DNA of 64,000 bases, from contig CAXXFL010000001.1 of NCBI GenBank assembly GCA_963674965.2, positions 480,001 through 544,000 on the forward strand. Reading direction: 5' to 3'. The stretch's first letter is position 1. Each line of letters starts with the position of its first letter. The translations under genes and the position numbers were made by a program. Below, piece after piece: positions 38,017 through 48,899 of the stretch. The stretch is from a bacterium (GTDB lineage: Bacteria; RBG-13-61-14; DATKZS01). Below the pieces are notes generated by a model. That model had not been told where the DNA came from. It worked only from the letters and a program-made list of their open reading frames with translations, and did no database searches.

Positions 38017-38648
38017 TCGGTTAGTATTTCGTTAGCGGTAATACGCGCGGCGCATTATGCCATATTATTCCAATTTTCTTGCCTGGCATAATAATCGTAT
38101 CGGACGCGATCGATGCGTAACTTCTACTTTGTGCTTGCATCTTGACTTTTAACCGCAAAGTTATAATTTACTTTTTTCAGGGAACAGACTTCTTGCTTCA
38201 ATACGGATGAATCGAAGCGAGATGTGACCGTTTTATTTATAATCAGGTAGAAATCGATTCTGGGCCGTCCAGTGAACACTGGATATTGATAGGTCCGGCC
38301 ATATCGTAATTATTTTCTGGCTCGGAATCGAACCGATGGAAGGGGAAGGAGTTTGAATTGGCGTTGAATTTATTGCCAAAAGGAATATGAATTGCATGTT
38401 ATCGTTCAAGATAAGAAAAAAAATGGTCTTGGGAATAGCGAAAGTGGCGATAGCTGTCTTTGTAAATGAGGTTATTTAAAGATATAAGTAACCGAAGTTA
38501 ATAAAATTTTATCCTTACTATTTACGAGGATTCTTTGAGTTTGCCCATAAGCAAGGATGCAATTTGCATTCAGGATTGAAAGCGAAATGCAATTATTGAG
38601 GTATTTTGATAATTGGCCGCTTACGCGCCGCGCCTGGGGATACCGCAA

Positions 38649-39143
38649 ATGGTAGACTGGACCAAAGGCGTGGAACAGGCCTCTCCGGCCGCGAGCCAGT
38701 ATCTGGTGATCGGCCAGGGGGAGAGGTATGTAGGGGTGGCCATCGACAACATTGTCGAGATAATCCGTATGGTTGCGCTTAGCTCGATCCCGGAGTCCTC
38801 GGATAAAGTGGCGGGCGTGGTCAACTACCGGGGAGATATCATACCCATTATCGACCTGTGGAGTCTCCTTGGAATCGCGACCCCTCCCGTGACCCCGGAC
38901 ATGGGGATAGTGATACTCTCCAAGGACGACGAGCAATTCGGACTGATGGCGGAAAACGTGCTCGACGTCAGGTCCCTCGAGGTTAAGCCAAGGCCGGACG
39001 AACTAAAGGACGACGTGGTATGGCCCATCGTCTCGGGGGTTTCCTATCTCGATGACGAGAAGGGCCTTTTACTCGTGCTCAACGCCGAGAGATTGAAGCG
39101 GCAGCAGGCGAGCGTCGCTCAAAGCCTGAGGCCGGCGGAATGA
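38649..39143 (+). CDS. cheW: CheW-family adaptor
   Basis: IVEII, VAGVVNYRGDIIPIIDL, FGLMAENVLDV; start uncertain. Confidence 0.9.
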   Translation: MVDWTKGVEQASPAASQYLVIGQGERYVGVAIDNIVEIIRMVALSSIPESSDKVAGVVNYRGDIIPIIDLWSLLGIATPPVTPDMGIVILSKDDEQFGLMAENVLDVRSLEVKPRPDELKDDVVWPIVSGVSYLDDEKGLLLVLNAERLKRQQASVAQSLRPAE

Positions 39144-40600
39144 CGATCGCGGCCATGTCCATGGAATTCGACGCCGATCTCCTGAACGGGGCGCTCGAGA
39201 CCATCGAGCGTTCCTATGGGCTTGAATTCCCCGCCTATAAAAGGGAGGAGGTCAAGTACAAGCTCAAGCTGGCCCAGATGGAATCGAGCCATCCCACCAT
39301 GCCGTCCTTTCTCGAGGCGGTCCGCGGCGGGACCCTGTCAAGGAAAGACCTGGACGCCCTGCTTAAAAACGTCACCGTGGGCGAGAGCTACTTCTTCAGG
39401 CACGACGAACAACTCGACGACGTGGCCGACCTGGTCGTTCCCGACGTAAGCTCGTCCCTTCCCGCCAGGAACGAGACGCTGAAAATCTGGTGCGCCGGGT
39501 GCGCCACCGGGGAGGAACCCTACTCCCTGGCCATCAAGCTGGAACAGAGGGCCTACGCCATCAACCGCCCTTACGAGATAGTCGGCACCGACCTCAACCC
39601 CATGGCCATCGAGAAAGCCATAAAAGGGACCTACGAGGCCTGGTCCATGCGCGACCTCGATCCGGACGTCATCAACGGATTCTTCGCCAGAAAAAACGGA
39701 AAATACGCGCTCAAAAGAAAAATCCGGAACATGGCAAGGTTCGAGAGACAAAACCTGGCGGGCATAATGACCTCTTCCCCCTTTGGGCACGGACCATTCA
39801 CCCATCTCATCCTTTGCCGCAACGTGATCTATTATTTCTCCCCCTCCCACGCGGAGAGGGCGGTACAGCGCTTTTACGAGTGCCTCGCCCCGGGCGGATA
39901 CCTGGTACTCAGCCCCAGCGAGTCGCTTCTCGAGTTCGAGCATCCCTTTCAGACCCTCAACCTTCCCCACGCCGCGGTCTATAGAAAAATGACCGACGCC
40001 GAGGAAAGAGAGGCGGCAAAAGAAGCGCTTGGCCGGGGCCGGAAGCCGGGCCGGAACGGGCCGCGAGCGAGGAGACGGCCACTTCACGCCGTCTATAAAA
40101 GGAAAGGACCCGACGAGCTCGAGCCTTCCCTGGCCATAAGCAGGGCCATGTGTTTTTACGACGGCGGGCAATGGAACCAGGCCCTCAAGGAACTCGAGCC
40201 CCTGGCCGGGAACCTGGACGCGGACCTGGCCCGGCTGGAAATCCTTCAGTCCCTTCACAACTCGGCCCTTCTGGACAACCATTGCGAATGGATGATAAAG
40301 AACCACCCGAGCCACGTCTCGGGCTATTACTGCCGGGCCCTCCTGGCCGCCGATGACGGCGACCTCAAGGAGGCCCTGTCCTGGCTGGGCAAGGTCATGT
40401 ACCTGGACTCCGACTTCGTTCCCGGCCACCTGCAACTGGCCGCGGTGTACGGGGCCATGGGGAAGCAGGAGGAGGCGGGTCGGGCGTGGCGAAGCGCCAA
40501 GACCATTCTTTCCCGCCTCTCCGGCGAGGTGCGGATACCCTTTACCAGGGGCGAGACGGCCGGGGACCTGCTCCGGCTTATAAGCTCGAGGGAGGATTAG
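39140..40600 (+). CDS. cheR: CheR methyltransferase with C-terminal TPR (WspC/FrzF-like)
   Basis: TVGESYFFRH, IWCAGCATGEEPYSLA, ILCRNVIYYF, LAPGGYL; TPR YLDSDFVPGHLQLA. Confidence 0.92.
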   Translation: MTIAAMSMEFDADLLNGALETIERSYGLEFPAYKREEVKYKLKLAQMESSHPTMPSFLEAVRGGTLSRKDLDALLKNVTVGESYFFRHDEQLDDVADLVVPDVSSSLPARNETLKIWCAGCATGEEPYSLAIKLEQRAYAINRPYEIVGTDLNPMAIEKAIKGTYEAWSMRDLDPDVINGFFARKNGKYALKRKIRNMARFERQNLAGIMTSSPFGHGPFTHLILCRNVIYYFSPSHAERAVQRFYECLAPGGYLVLSPSESLLEFEHPFQTLNLPHAAVYRKMTDAEEREAAKEALGRGRKPGRNGPRARRRPLHAVYKRKGPDELEPSLAISRAMCFYDGGQWNQALKELEPLAGNLDADLARLEILQSLHNSALLDNHCEWMIKNHPSHVSGYYCRALLAADDGDLKEALSWLGKVMYLDSDFVPGHLQLAAVYGAMGKQEEAGRAWRSAKTILSRLSGEVRIPFTRGETAGDLLRLISSRED

Positions 40601-40603
40601 CGA

Positions 40604-41155
40604 GTGACGTCGGAGGAGTTCCTGAAAATACGTCTGGCCGACCCGGCCGACGAGGAGGTCCTGAAACGGAGGGCCGAGCAGCTCGCCAGGTCCTCCCGCG
40701 TGGAGGAGGAAAGGCAAGAGGGCGTTCACGCCCTGGTGCTCTCCGTGGGGGGCGAGAGATACGCCGTCGAGCTTCCCTATATATGGGAGGTCCTTCCCGC
40801 GGCCGAGTCCACGCCAGTTCCGGGAGTTTCCGACATGGTGAGGGGCGTAATAAAGTTCAGGGGAGAAGTGGTCCCCCTTTACGACCTCCTGGGCATAGTG
40901 ACGGGAAGGCCCCAGGAAAAAGAGCCCAAGGGCTCCCACGTGGTGTTCGGACTTGGCCAGATAGACTTCGCCGCGGCGGTGGACGGCCTCGAGCCGCCGG
41001 TAAGGATCAACCCCGAGACCCTGCGGGACTCGGTGAGCAGCCCCGGCGACAGAGGCTATTCCTACGTCCAGGGTTTCACCGAGGACGGTGTGGTGGTCCT
41101 TAACATGAAGGCCATTTTAAACGACGAGTCTCTAATCGTGGACGACGAGACATAG
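40604..41155 (+). CDS. cheW: CheW-family adaptor (WspD-like)
   Basis: [11 protein letters not shown]-terminus, [27 protein letters not shown]. Confidence 0.9.
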   Translation: MTSEEFLKIRLADPADEEVLKRRAEQLARSSRVEEERQEGVHALVLSVGGERYAVELPYIWEVLPAAESTPVPGVSDMVRGVIKFRGEVVPLYDLLGIVTGRPQEKEPKGSHVVFGLGQIDFAAAVDGLEPPVRINPETLRDSVSSPGDRGYSYVQGFTEDGVVVLNMKAILNDESLIVDDET

Positions 41156-41178
41156 GACGTCCGGCAAGGAGAGGTAAT

Positions 41179-42756
41179 ATGTTATTACGGCTACTTAGAA
41201 AATTCTCGATCGTGACCCAGCTTCTGACGCTGGCCCTGACCATCGTGGCCCTGTTCGCGGTGCCCTCGGTCTGGTATTTCTATTACAAGTACAACGACCA
41301 GTCCATAGAAAGCCTCAAGAACAAGTCGAGTTCCATCGCCCGCATCCTGGCGGTGAACGTGTCCGCGGGGGTCGAGTTCTCGGATTCCCAGACCATCGAG
41401 CAGCTCGTGTCCGGCGTTTCCCAGGACCCCATGATAGCGGCCGTTTACGTGTTCGACGCCAAGGAGGTGCCTCTTGGGTCCTACGTCTCGGAGGGGGCCA
41501 AAGGGGCCCTTAGCCCCGAGGCCGCCTCCAACCTCCTGGGGGAAAAGGAAATAGTCTTCGACGAGACGAGGGGACTGGTAGTCGCGCAAAGGGACGTAAC
41601 CAACGCCAACGAGCGCATTGGAAGGCTCCTGCTTATCTCCTCGGCCGGCTTTACTCAGGAACAACTGCTCCAGACCCTTAAGGACGTGGGCGTGGTATAT
41701 CTCATCCTGCTGGCGGCCAACATGGTCATCGTGCTGATCCTGGCGCGGGCCTGGGTCAAGCCCATCGTGCAGGCCGCGGACATAGCCCACCGCATAGCGG
41801 AGGGGGACCTGAACGTTCCCAACCTGGAGGAGAGCGGCGACGACCAGATATCCAAGATGAGCGTGGCCATCAACGTGATGGTCAAGTCCCTTACCCATCT
41901 GCTGGCCAGGATCAACCAGTCCCACGAGTCCATCAAGAAAACCATCGCCGAAATCCAGACCTCGACGGTACAGCAAAGGCACGGCCTCGAGAACCAGGCC
42001 AGCGCCATCAGCGAGATAAGCACCACCATCAACCAGCTCAAGACCACCAGCAAGCAAAGCGCCTCCATCGCCCAGCGCGTGCTGGACGACTCCGAGCGCT
42101 CGGTCGAGGTGTCCAAGGAGGGACTGACCAGCAACGACAAGGCCGTCTCCGGCATGGACCTTATCAACGACCAGATGGAGTCCATCGCCGAGTCCATCCT
42201 CAGCCTCTCCGAGAGAAGCCAGCAGATAGTGGACATCGTGGCCACCGTCAACGACCTGGCCCAGCAGTCCAACTACCTGGCCCTTAACGCCTCCATCGAG
42301 GCCGCCAAGGCCGGAGAGCACGGCAAGGGCTTCGCCGTCGTGGCCATGGAGGTAAGGAACCTGGCCGAGCAAAGCCAGCAGGCCACCGCCCAAATAAGGA
42401 ACATACTGAACGAGATTCAAAGCAACATGAACGCCGCCGTGCTGGTCACCGAGAACGGGACTCAAAAGGTGACCGAGGGGGTCGACCTGATCCGAAGCAC
42501 CGGCGACGTCATCAACCAGCTCGCCAACGTGGTCAACCAGGGGGCGTCCTCGGCCCGGCAGATTTCTTCCTCCGCCAACCAGCAGTCGCTCGGCGTGGAC
42601 CAGATCGCCCAGGCCATTACCGCCATCAGCCAGACCATGAACGAGACCACCAACAGCGCCAAGCAGCTCGAGAGGGCCGCCGAGGGGCTATCCGAGGTGG
42701 CCGAGCTTATGACCGACGCCATTGAAAACTACGCCTCCAAGAGGAGCCAGAGCTGA
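41179..42756 (+). CDS. methyl-accepting chemotaxis protein with CHASE8-like periplasmic domain and HAMP
   Basis: TM-periplasm ([16 protein letters not shown]...[11 protein letters not shown])-TM-HAMP; hairpin [37 protein letters not shown]. Confidence 0.93.
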   Translation: MLLRLLRKFSIVTQLLTLALTIVALFAVPSVWYFYYKYNDQSIESLKNKSSSIARILAVNVSAGVEFSDSQTIEQLVSGVSQDPMIAAVYVFDAKEVPLGSYVSEGAKGALSPEAASNLLGEKEIVFDETRGLVVAQRDVTNANERIGRLLLISSAGFTQEQLLQTLKDVGVVYLILLAANMVIVLILARAWVKPIVQAADIAHRIAEGDLNVPNLEESGDDQISKMSVAINVMVKSLTHLLARINQSHESIKKTIAEIQTSTVQQRHGLENQASAISEISTTINQLKTTSKQSASIAQRVLDDSERSVEVSKEGLTSNDKAVSGMDLINDQMESIAESILSLSERSQQIVDIVATVNDLAQQSNYLALNASIEAAKAGEHGKGFAVVAMEVRNLAEQSQQATAQIRNILNEIQSNMNAAVLVTENGTQKVTEGVDLIRSTGDVINQLANVVNQGASSARQISSSANQQSLGVDQIAQAITAISQTMNETTNSAKQLERAAEGLSEVAELMTDAIENYASKRSQS

Positions 42757-42760
42757 GTAA

Positions 42761-45061
42761 ATGAACGACGACGACATCATAAAGCAGCTTCTGCCCCTGT
42801 TCCGGGACTCGGCCGGCTCGGCCGTCCTCCAGGCCAACAGGACGCTGCTTCTGCTCGAGGCCTCCGAGCTGCCCGACTCGGTCAGGACGGACTCGACCAA
42901 CGAGCTGCTCCGGATACTGCACACCCTCAAGGGCGACTCGGGCTCCGTGGGCCTGGACGAGGTGGTGACCCTGTCCCATGAGATCGAGTCGTCCATGAAG
43001 GCGGTCAAGACTGAAAAGGGCATCCCCCCCGGCCTTCCCGTTTACGGGACCTGGTTCGCGGCCCTGGACAAGCTGGCCGAAATCGCCACCCAGGAATACG
43101 ACCGGGAAAGGGTCCAAAAAGAGATCGAGGAAATAAAGGAAAGACTGGCCGGGTCGGGGGGCGACGTCGCTGATCGAGGCGAGGCCCCCTCAGCCGCCGA
43201 GCGCAAAAGCGGGGAGGGACCCCCGTCGAAAACCCCGGCGGAAGAGAGCGGGCGCGAGCGCTTCCGCCGCGAGGCCCCGGAGCGGGGTGACGAGGTGGTG
43301 CGGGTGTCCTTTCGGCGCCTCACGGGCCTGACCGAGAGCATGAGCGAGTTGCTTTCCGCCCGTATTTTAAGCGAGCAGCGTCTTCACGACCTGCAGGAGG
43401 ACGCGCGCGAGCTTCTGTCCCGACACCAGGAATGGAGCAAAACGGGCCAGCGCTTCATGAACTCGATGAGCAGGTCCTACCGGCAGGGCTTCATGGACAA
43501 GGAGGCCTTCCAGGAACTGAAGGAAAAGTACAAGGAAATGGACGCCGCCGGCCAGGCTATAAAGAGGACCGGCCAGGGCATGCTGGGTTCCCTCCAGACC
43601 GCCCACAAGCAGGTGCGTCACACGGGGACGGTGATGAGGACGCAGGAGGAAAACCTGCGAGGTCTCCAGATGACGCCGGTGGCCGACCTTTTCGCCTCCT
43701 TCCACCGCTGGGTCCGGGACGCGGCCCTCGAGCTGGGCAAGAAGATCGAGTTCAAGACGGAGGGCGAGTCGGTCGAGCTCGACCGCTCCATCGTGCAAAG
43801 ACTGAGGGAGCCCCTTATACACCTTCTTCGCAACGCTCTTGACCACGGCGTCGAGACCCCCGAGGAAAGGTTGGCGGCGGGCAAGTCCGAGCGCGGCCTG
43901 GTGGCCCTCCGGGCCTTCGCCGCCGGCGGGGGCGTGGTGATCGAGGTCGAGGACGACGGCCGGGGCCTGGACACGGAGGTGATCGGAAGAGTAGCGGTCC
44001 AACGGGGCATGGTGGGGGAGGCGGAGGCGCGGAACATGAGCGAGAGGGCCGTGCAGTCATTGGCCTTCCAGCCCGGCTTCTCGACGCGGGGCAAGGTGTC
44101 CAAGATGTCGGGACGCGGCGTGGGCCTGGACGTGGTGACGGCCTGGGTCGAGGACCTTCGGGGCAGGGTCGAGTGGGATTCCAGCCCGGGCAAGGGACTC
44201 CTCATCAGGCTGAGGCTGCCCCTGACCATGGCCACCATCCAGGCGCTCATTACAAGAGTGGGCGGGCAGAAGTTCGCCATTCCCCACTCGGCGGTGGACC
44301 GGGTCCTCCGGGTCAAGACCAAGAGCCTGACCACGGTCGAGGGCAGGACCTCGATCATCCACGAGGGCCAGCCGGTCGAGCTTATTCCCCTGGCCGGACT
44401 TCTGGACATGGCGCCCAGCGAGGATGAGCACCCGGCCGAGATGGCGGTGGTTATCTCTTACGGAGCCCGCGGACCCAAGGGATGGATAGTGGACGATCTG
44501 CTCGGCGAGCAGGAGATCGTCATGAAGGACTTCACCCGCTTTTTTAAAAAGGTGAAGAACATGGCCGGCGCCGCTATCATCGGTAGTGGCGAGATAGTCA
44601 TGGTCCTCAACGCCGCCGACCTGCACCAGCGGAGCTCGGGCCTTCGGATGGACCCGGCGGGCCGGTCGGGCAAGGATCGCAAGGCGGGCGCGGCCAAGAA
44701 GGTTTTGGTGGTCGACGACTCTCTGATCACGCGGACCATGGAGCAACGCATTCTCGGCAAGGCCGGGTACGAGGTTGACGGGGCGCGCGACGGCAAGGAC
44801 GCCCTCGAGCGGATGGACAAAAACGACTACGACCTGGTGGTCAGCGACATGCAGATGCCCAGGATGGACGGGGCCGAGCTGACCCGCAATTTGAGAAAGG
44901 ACCCGCGTTACGCCGAGACGCCGGTCATCATCGTTTCCTTTTTGGACTCGGAGGAGGACAAGATGCGGGGCATGGAGGCCGGAGCCAGCGCCTACCTGAC
45001 CAAGAAACAATTCAACCAGGCCAGGCTCCTCGAGCTGGTCCAGCGCCTGATAGGTGGATAA
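42761..45061 (+). CDS. cheA: CheA-CheY hybrid kinase (WspE/FrzE-like)
   Basis: Hpt LHTLKG, HLLRNALDHG, DDGRG, SGRGVGLDVV, P5 domain, C-terminal REC (VVDDS, SDMQMP). Confidence 0.95.
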   Translation: MNDDDIIKQLLPLFRDSAGSAVLQANRTLLLLEASELPDSVRTDSTNELLRILHTLKGDSGSVGLDEVVTLSHEIESSMKAVKTEKGIPPGLPVYGTWFAALDKLAEIATQEYDRERVQKEIEEIKERLAGSGGDVADRGEAPSAAERKSGEGPPSKTPAEESGRERFRREAPERGDEVVRVSFRRLTGLTESMSELLSARILSEQRLHDLQEDARELLSRHQEWSKTGQRFMNSMSRSYRQGFMDKEAFQELKEKYKEMDAAGQAIKRTGQGMLGSLQTAHKQVRHTGTVMRTQEENLRGLQMTPVADLFASFHRWVRDAALELGKKIEFKTEGESVELDRSIVQRLREPLIHLLRNALDHGVETPEERLAAGKSERGLVALRAFAAGGGVVIEVEDDGRGLDTEVIGRVAVQRGMVGEAEARNMSERAVQSLAFQPGFSTRGKVSKMSGRGVGLDVVTAWVEDLRGRVEWDSSPGKGLLIRLRLPLTMATIQALITRVGGQKFAIPHSAVDRVLRVKTKSLTTVEGRTSIIHEGQPVELIPLAGLLDMAPSEDEHPAEMAVVISYGARGPKGWIVDDLLGEQEIVMKDFTRFFKKVKNMAGAAIIGSGEIVMVLNAADLHQRSSGLRMDPAGRSGKDRKAGAAKKVLVVDDSLITRTMEQRILGKAGYEVDGARDGKDALERMDKNDYDLVVSDMQMPRMDGAELTRNLRKDPRYAETPVIIVSFLDSEEDKMRGMEAGASAYLTKKQFNQARLLELVQRLIGG

Positions 45062-46108
45062 ATGATACGGGCCCTGGTAGTGGACGACTCCGATCTCATG
45101 CGCGAGATCATGACCCGCGCCCTCGAGACCGACCCGGACCTCGAGGTGGCGGCGGCGGCGGCGGACGGCAAGGAGGCCGTGCACATGGCCAAGAAATACC
45201 GTCCCGACGTCATCACCATGGACATCATGATGCCCCGCATGAACGGTCTCGACGCCACCCGGGTGATCATGGAGGAGACGCCCGTTCCCATCGTCATGGT
45301 CTGCGCCATCGGCGACAGCGAGGAGCAGCGCATCAGCTTCGAGGCCATGGAGGCGGGCGCGGTGTGGGTGGTCAAGAAACCCCGGGGACAGGCCACGGCC
45401 GACTGGGACACCTGGTCGCGCTCCCTTTGCCAGATCGTGAAGTCCATGGCCGAGGTCAAGGTGGTTTCCCGCCGCCCCTCCCGGGCTCCCAGGGCGGTGG
45501 ACGTCTCCACGGGGGTCGCGGTCGAGAAGACGCCCCGCGTCATAGCCATGGCCGCCAGCACCGGCGGGCCGACGGCCCTGAAAAGCGTGCTCGAGAAGCT
45601 GCCGGAGGACTTCGAGATACCCATTCTCGTCTGCCAGCACATAGCTCGAGGCTTCGTGGAGGGCATGGTCGAGTGGCTCAACTTCGACCTCGAGCTGCCC
45701 GTCCGGGTGGGGGCCACCAACGACGCGGTACGGCCCGGCGTCACCTTCGCCCCCGACCACGGCAACCTTCTCGTTACCAGGGACGAGAGGCTTATCGTGC
45801 AGCCGGCGGAGGGCGACGAGAAATATATTCCCTCGGCCGACGCGCTTTTCGAGTCGGTGGCCAGGCATTACAAGTGCGAGTGCGTGGGCGTCATCATGAC
45901 CGGAATGGGGACCGACGGAGCGGCCGGCCTCAAAAAGATATGGGACGAGGGCGGCATCACCGTGGCCCAGGACGAGGCGTCGTCTTTAATCTACGGAATG
46001 CCGGGGGCCGCCGTTAAGGCGGGAGGCGTCAAATATAAAATGGACCCCGAGGAAATAGCCCGGATGCTTATTAAGCTTCCGCGCACGGAGGACAGGAAAG
46101 CGGTTTGA
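45062..46108 (+). CDS. cheB: CheB methylesterase with REC
   Basis: REC (VVDDS, MDIMMP); triad motifs ASTGG, QHI, TGMGTDG. Confidence 0.95.
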   Translation: MIRALVVDDSDLMREIMTRALETDPDLEVAAAAADGKEAVHMAKKYRPDVITMDIMMPRMNGLDATRVIMEETPVPIVMVCAIGDSEEQRISFEAMEAGAVWVVKKPRGQATADWDTWSRSLCQIVKSMAEVKVVSRRPSRAPRAVDVSTGVAVEKTPRVIAMAASTGGPTALKSVLEKLPEDFEIPILVCQHIARGFVEGMVEWLNFDLELPVRVGATNDAVRPGVTFAPDHGNLLVTRDERLIVQPAEGDEKYIPSADALFESVARHYKCECVGVIMTGMGTDGAAGLKKIWDEGGITVAQDEASSLIYGMPGAAVKAGGVKYKMDPEEIARMLIKLPRTEDRKAV

Positions 46109-46203
46109 AAGAAGGAAAAAGCGCCGCCGGGAAAAACTCTCTTGCGGCTTGAAATAAAGGAACTTGGCAAAGCCTGATATTGCAATATGAAAAGGAGAAG
46201 GAA

Positions 46204-46773
46204 ATGAGGCTGAATTTACGTTTGGTAGTGGTAATGGCGACGCTCGCGGCCCTTGGCGCCGCGGCTGGCGCGGCGGCCGAGCAGTCGCTTCCCGCCGACC
46301 TTACCGCCGCTCTTACCCTGAAGGTCCTCACCTTCGACCGGAATTTGACGGAGCGGGCCCAGGGCGAGGTGCTGGTGGCGGTCGTGTACGCCGAGGCCGA
46401 CGCGGGCTACGCCGACGACCTGAAAAAGGGGTTCGAGGCCTTCGCGGACAAGAAGGTCAATGGGCTTTCGGTCCGCTGCGTGACCCACAAGTTCGTCGAC
46501 CTGGCCGAGCTGTCGGGATGGATGGAGACGCAAAAGGTTTGCGTGCTTTTCCTGTCGCCGGGAATGCTGGGGCAGGCGGCGCAGCTGCATGGACTGGCGG
46601 TCGAGAAGAAGTGCCTGACCGCGGGGGGCGACGCCCGCTTCCCGGAGAAGGGCACGGCGCTTGGGTTCGAGATAGCGGACGGCAAGCCCAAGATCGTGGT
46701 CCATCTTAACCGCTCCAAGGAGGAGGGGGTCAATTTCGCGGCGACCCTTCTCCAAATGGCGCGAGTCATCTAA
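46204..46773 (+). CDS. YfiR/HmsC (DUF4154)-family periplasmic protein
   Basis: Signal peptide; AALTLKVLTF, CVLFLS, LGFEIADGKPKIVVHL...GVNFAATLLQMARVI C-terminus. Confidence 0.8.
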   Translation: MRLNLRLVVVMATLAALGAAAGAAAEQSLPADLTAALTLKVLTFDRNLTERAQGEVLVAVVYAEADAGYADDLKKGFEAFADKKVNGLSVRCVTHKFVDLAELSGWMETQKVCVLFLSPGMLGQAAQLHGLAVEKKCLTAGGDARFPEKGTALGFEIADGKPKIVVHLNRSKEEGVNFAATLLQMARVI

Positions 46774-46791
46774 GAGCAAAGGAGAATCGAC

Positions 46792-48897
46792 ATGGCGCGA
46801 ACCAAGGGTTGGATTCGCTTCCGGAGATGGTCTCTCCTCCTTGCCCTCGTCCTGACGCTGCCGGCTTTCGGCGCGGCTAAGGCTCAGGCGACGGCGGCGG
46901 AGGACGAGTTCGAGGACTTCTCGGAGATCGCCCTCGAGGAGCTTTTAAACGTCACGGTCATATCGGCGTCCAAGCTCGAGCAGGACTTGAGCGACTCGCC
47001 CAACGCCATCTGGGTGATCACGGCCGAGGACATCAGGCGGGCGGGCGTCCGTACCATTCCCGAGGCCTTAAGCCTGGCCCCCGGCGTCTACGTGGCCCGC
47101 ATGTACGGCACCAAGTGGGTCGTCACCATCGGAGGCTTCGCCTTCAACAACTACTCGAACAAGCTCCTGGTCCTGGTCGACGGGGTCAGCCAGTACGCCC
47201 CCCTCTTCGGCGGCGTCGAGTGGGAGTACTTCCCCGTGGGCATAGACGAGGTCGAGAGGATCGAGGTGATAAGGGGAACGGGCGGAGTGCTCTACGGGGC
47301 CAACGCGGCCAACGGCGTTATCAACATTATTACCAAGTCGCCCTCCCGCGAGCCCTCGAGCTACGTCAACGTGAGGGGCGGGACCCAAAGCCTGCGCGAG
47401 ACCAACGCGGGCGCCAACCTTTCCACCGACGACGGCGTGATATCGGCCCGGCTGGCCGTGACCTACACCGAGGACGAGGGGTTCGGCATGAAGAATGGAG
47501 AAACCATTCAGGACGGCAAGAACTTCCACGTCGTTTCCCTGCGGACCTCCATCGCCCCTACCGAGTCGGCACTTATCAGCCTGGACGCCAGGTACCGGGG
47601 CGGCCCCTTCGAGACGCCGAACGTTTCGACCGCCAAGCCGGAGGTGTGGAAAAACCTGGAGAACGCCTTTTACCGGGCCAGGTGGGACCAGACCCTGGAC
47701 TCGGGGGCCCAGTTCTATATCCAGTCCTATTACTGGCGCATGCTGCTCCAGGAAAGGGACGACACCGCCAGGTACGAGGACTCGGAGGACTCGGAAATCG
47801 CCGACGTCGAGTTCCAGGCCATGGTTCCCTTCGAGGCGGCCGGGTCGCACCGTTTCATCTTCGGCGGCGGCTACCGGACGATCAGGGACGAGCAGTTTAT
47901 CCTCAAGGACGGCGAGCAGGACTACACCGTGGCCAACGGTTATTTCCACGACGAGTGGAGCTTTAACGACCAGTGGAGCCTGAACGCCGGGCTCAAGTAC
48001 GAGTCCATAAGCCTGGTGGACCCGACCTGGCAGTGGAGAGGGGCAATACTGTACCAGCCCACCCGGGAACACGGCTTCAGGCTGGCCGCCTCGAACGCCT
48101 ACAGGTCCCCAGCCCTCACCGAGATGTACCAGAACATAGGGGCCGAGCTGCCCGACGCCCTGGTACCTCTCCTGGCTGGAAGCTGGCCCACTCCTCCTCC
48201 TTACTACATCGTGCAGGTGCTCGGGAACGAGGACCTGGAGCCCGAGCAGATACTTTCCTACGAGGCCGGCTACAGGGGCATTTGGTTCGACAGGATGAAA
48301 ATAGACGTGAGTTACGCCTACAAGCAGTACGACAACCTCATCTCCTTTTATCTGGCGGACGAGGGATTCTACGTGACTCCTCCTTTCCCGCCCACTCCCT
48401 TCGGGCCCTTCGGCCTGGTCTATGGCTATTCCCAGCAGGGAGAAGCCACCAGCCAGAACCTGGACGTGGGCATAAGCGCCAGGATTACGAGGTCCTTTAG
48501 GGTGCTGGCCAACTACTCTCACGTGGACATAGAAGTGGACGGGCCCAACGCCTTCGAGGGGTTCGAGAAGAACTCTCCCGAGAACTACGGTATGATCGGC
48601 CTGGGCTACACCCACGAGAGGGGCTTCATGGCCGACGTCTCGGCTTACTACGTGGACGAGATCGAGATTTTCAACGCCGAGGACCCGACGGCCCCTCCCT
48701 TCAAGATCGACGCCTACTGGCGCCTGGACGCCAGGCTGGCCCAGTCGGTGAAGATGAGGGACGGAGAACTCGAAATCGGCGTGGTGGGCACGAACCTTGC
48801 TGATGAATGGCATGAGGAATACGTGGATTTCTCACAGGACGTCGATCCATTTCAAGTCAGGACGGGATACTACGGGTATATCGAATACCGGAGGTAA
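46792..48897 (+). CDS. TonB-dependent receptor
   Basis: Signal peptide; ALEELLNVTVISASK, VITAEDIRRAG, LVLVDG, ERIEVIRG..GVLYGANAANGVINIITK plug; beta-barrel C-terminus. Confidence 0.92.
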   Translation: MARTKGWIRFRRWSLLLALVLTLPAFGAAKAQATAAEDEFEDFSEIALEELLNVTVISASKLEQDLSDSPNAIWVITAEDIRRAGVRTIPEALSLAPGVYVARMYGTKWVVTIGGFAFNNYSNKLLVLVDGVSQYAPLFGGVEWEYFPVGIDEVERIEVIRGTGGVLYGANAANGVINIITKSPSREPSSYVNVRGGTQSLRETNAGANLSTDDGVISARLAVTYTEDEGFGMKNGETIQDGKNFHVVSLRTSIAPTESALISLDARYRGGPFETPNVSTAKPEVWKNLENAFYRARWDQTLDSGAQFYIQSYYWRMLLQERDDTARYEDSEDSEIADVEFQAMVPFEAAGSHRFIFGGGYRTIRDEQFILKDGEQDYTVANGYFHDEWSFNDQWSLNAGLKYESISLVDPTWQWRGAILYQPTREHGFRLAASNAYRSPALTEMYQNIGAELPDALVPLLAGSWPTPPPYYIVQVLGNEDLEPEQILSYEAGYRGIWFDRMKIDVSYAYKQYDNLISFYLADEGFYVTPPFPPTPFGPFGLVYGYSQQGEATSQNLDVGISARITRSFRVLANYSHVDIEVDGPNAFEGFEKNSPENYGMIGLGYTHERGFMADVSAYYVDEIEIFNAEDPTAPPFKIDAYWRLDARLAQSVKMRDGELEIGVVGTNLADEWHEEYVDFSQDVDPFQVRTGYYGYIEYRR

Positions 48898-48899
48898 AA

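Noticed and set aside
38142-38167. TTGACT...TATAAT promoter
   Set aside because: Spacer is only 14 bp.
39338-48813. Long antisense ORFs (533, 424, 603, 581 aa) and similar ones elsewhere
   Set aside because: Shadow frames opposite well-supported genes, expected from high third-position GC; no recognisable motifs.
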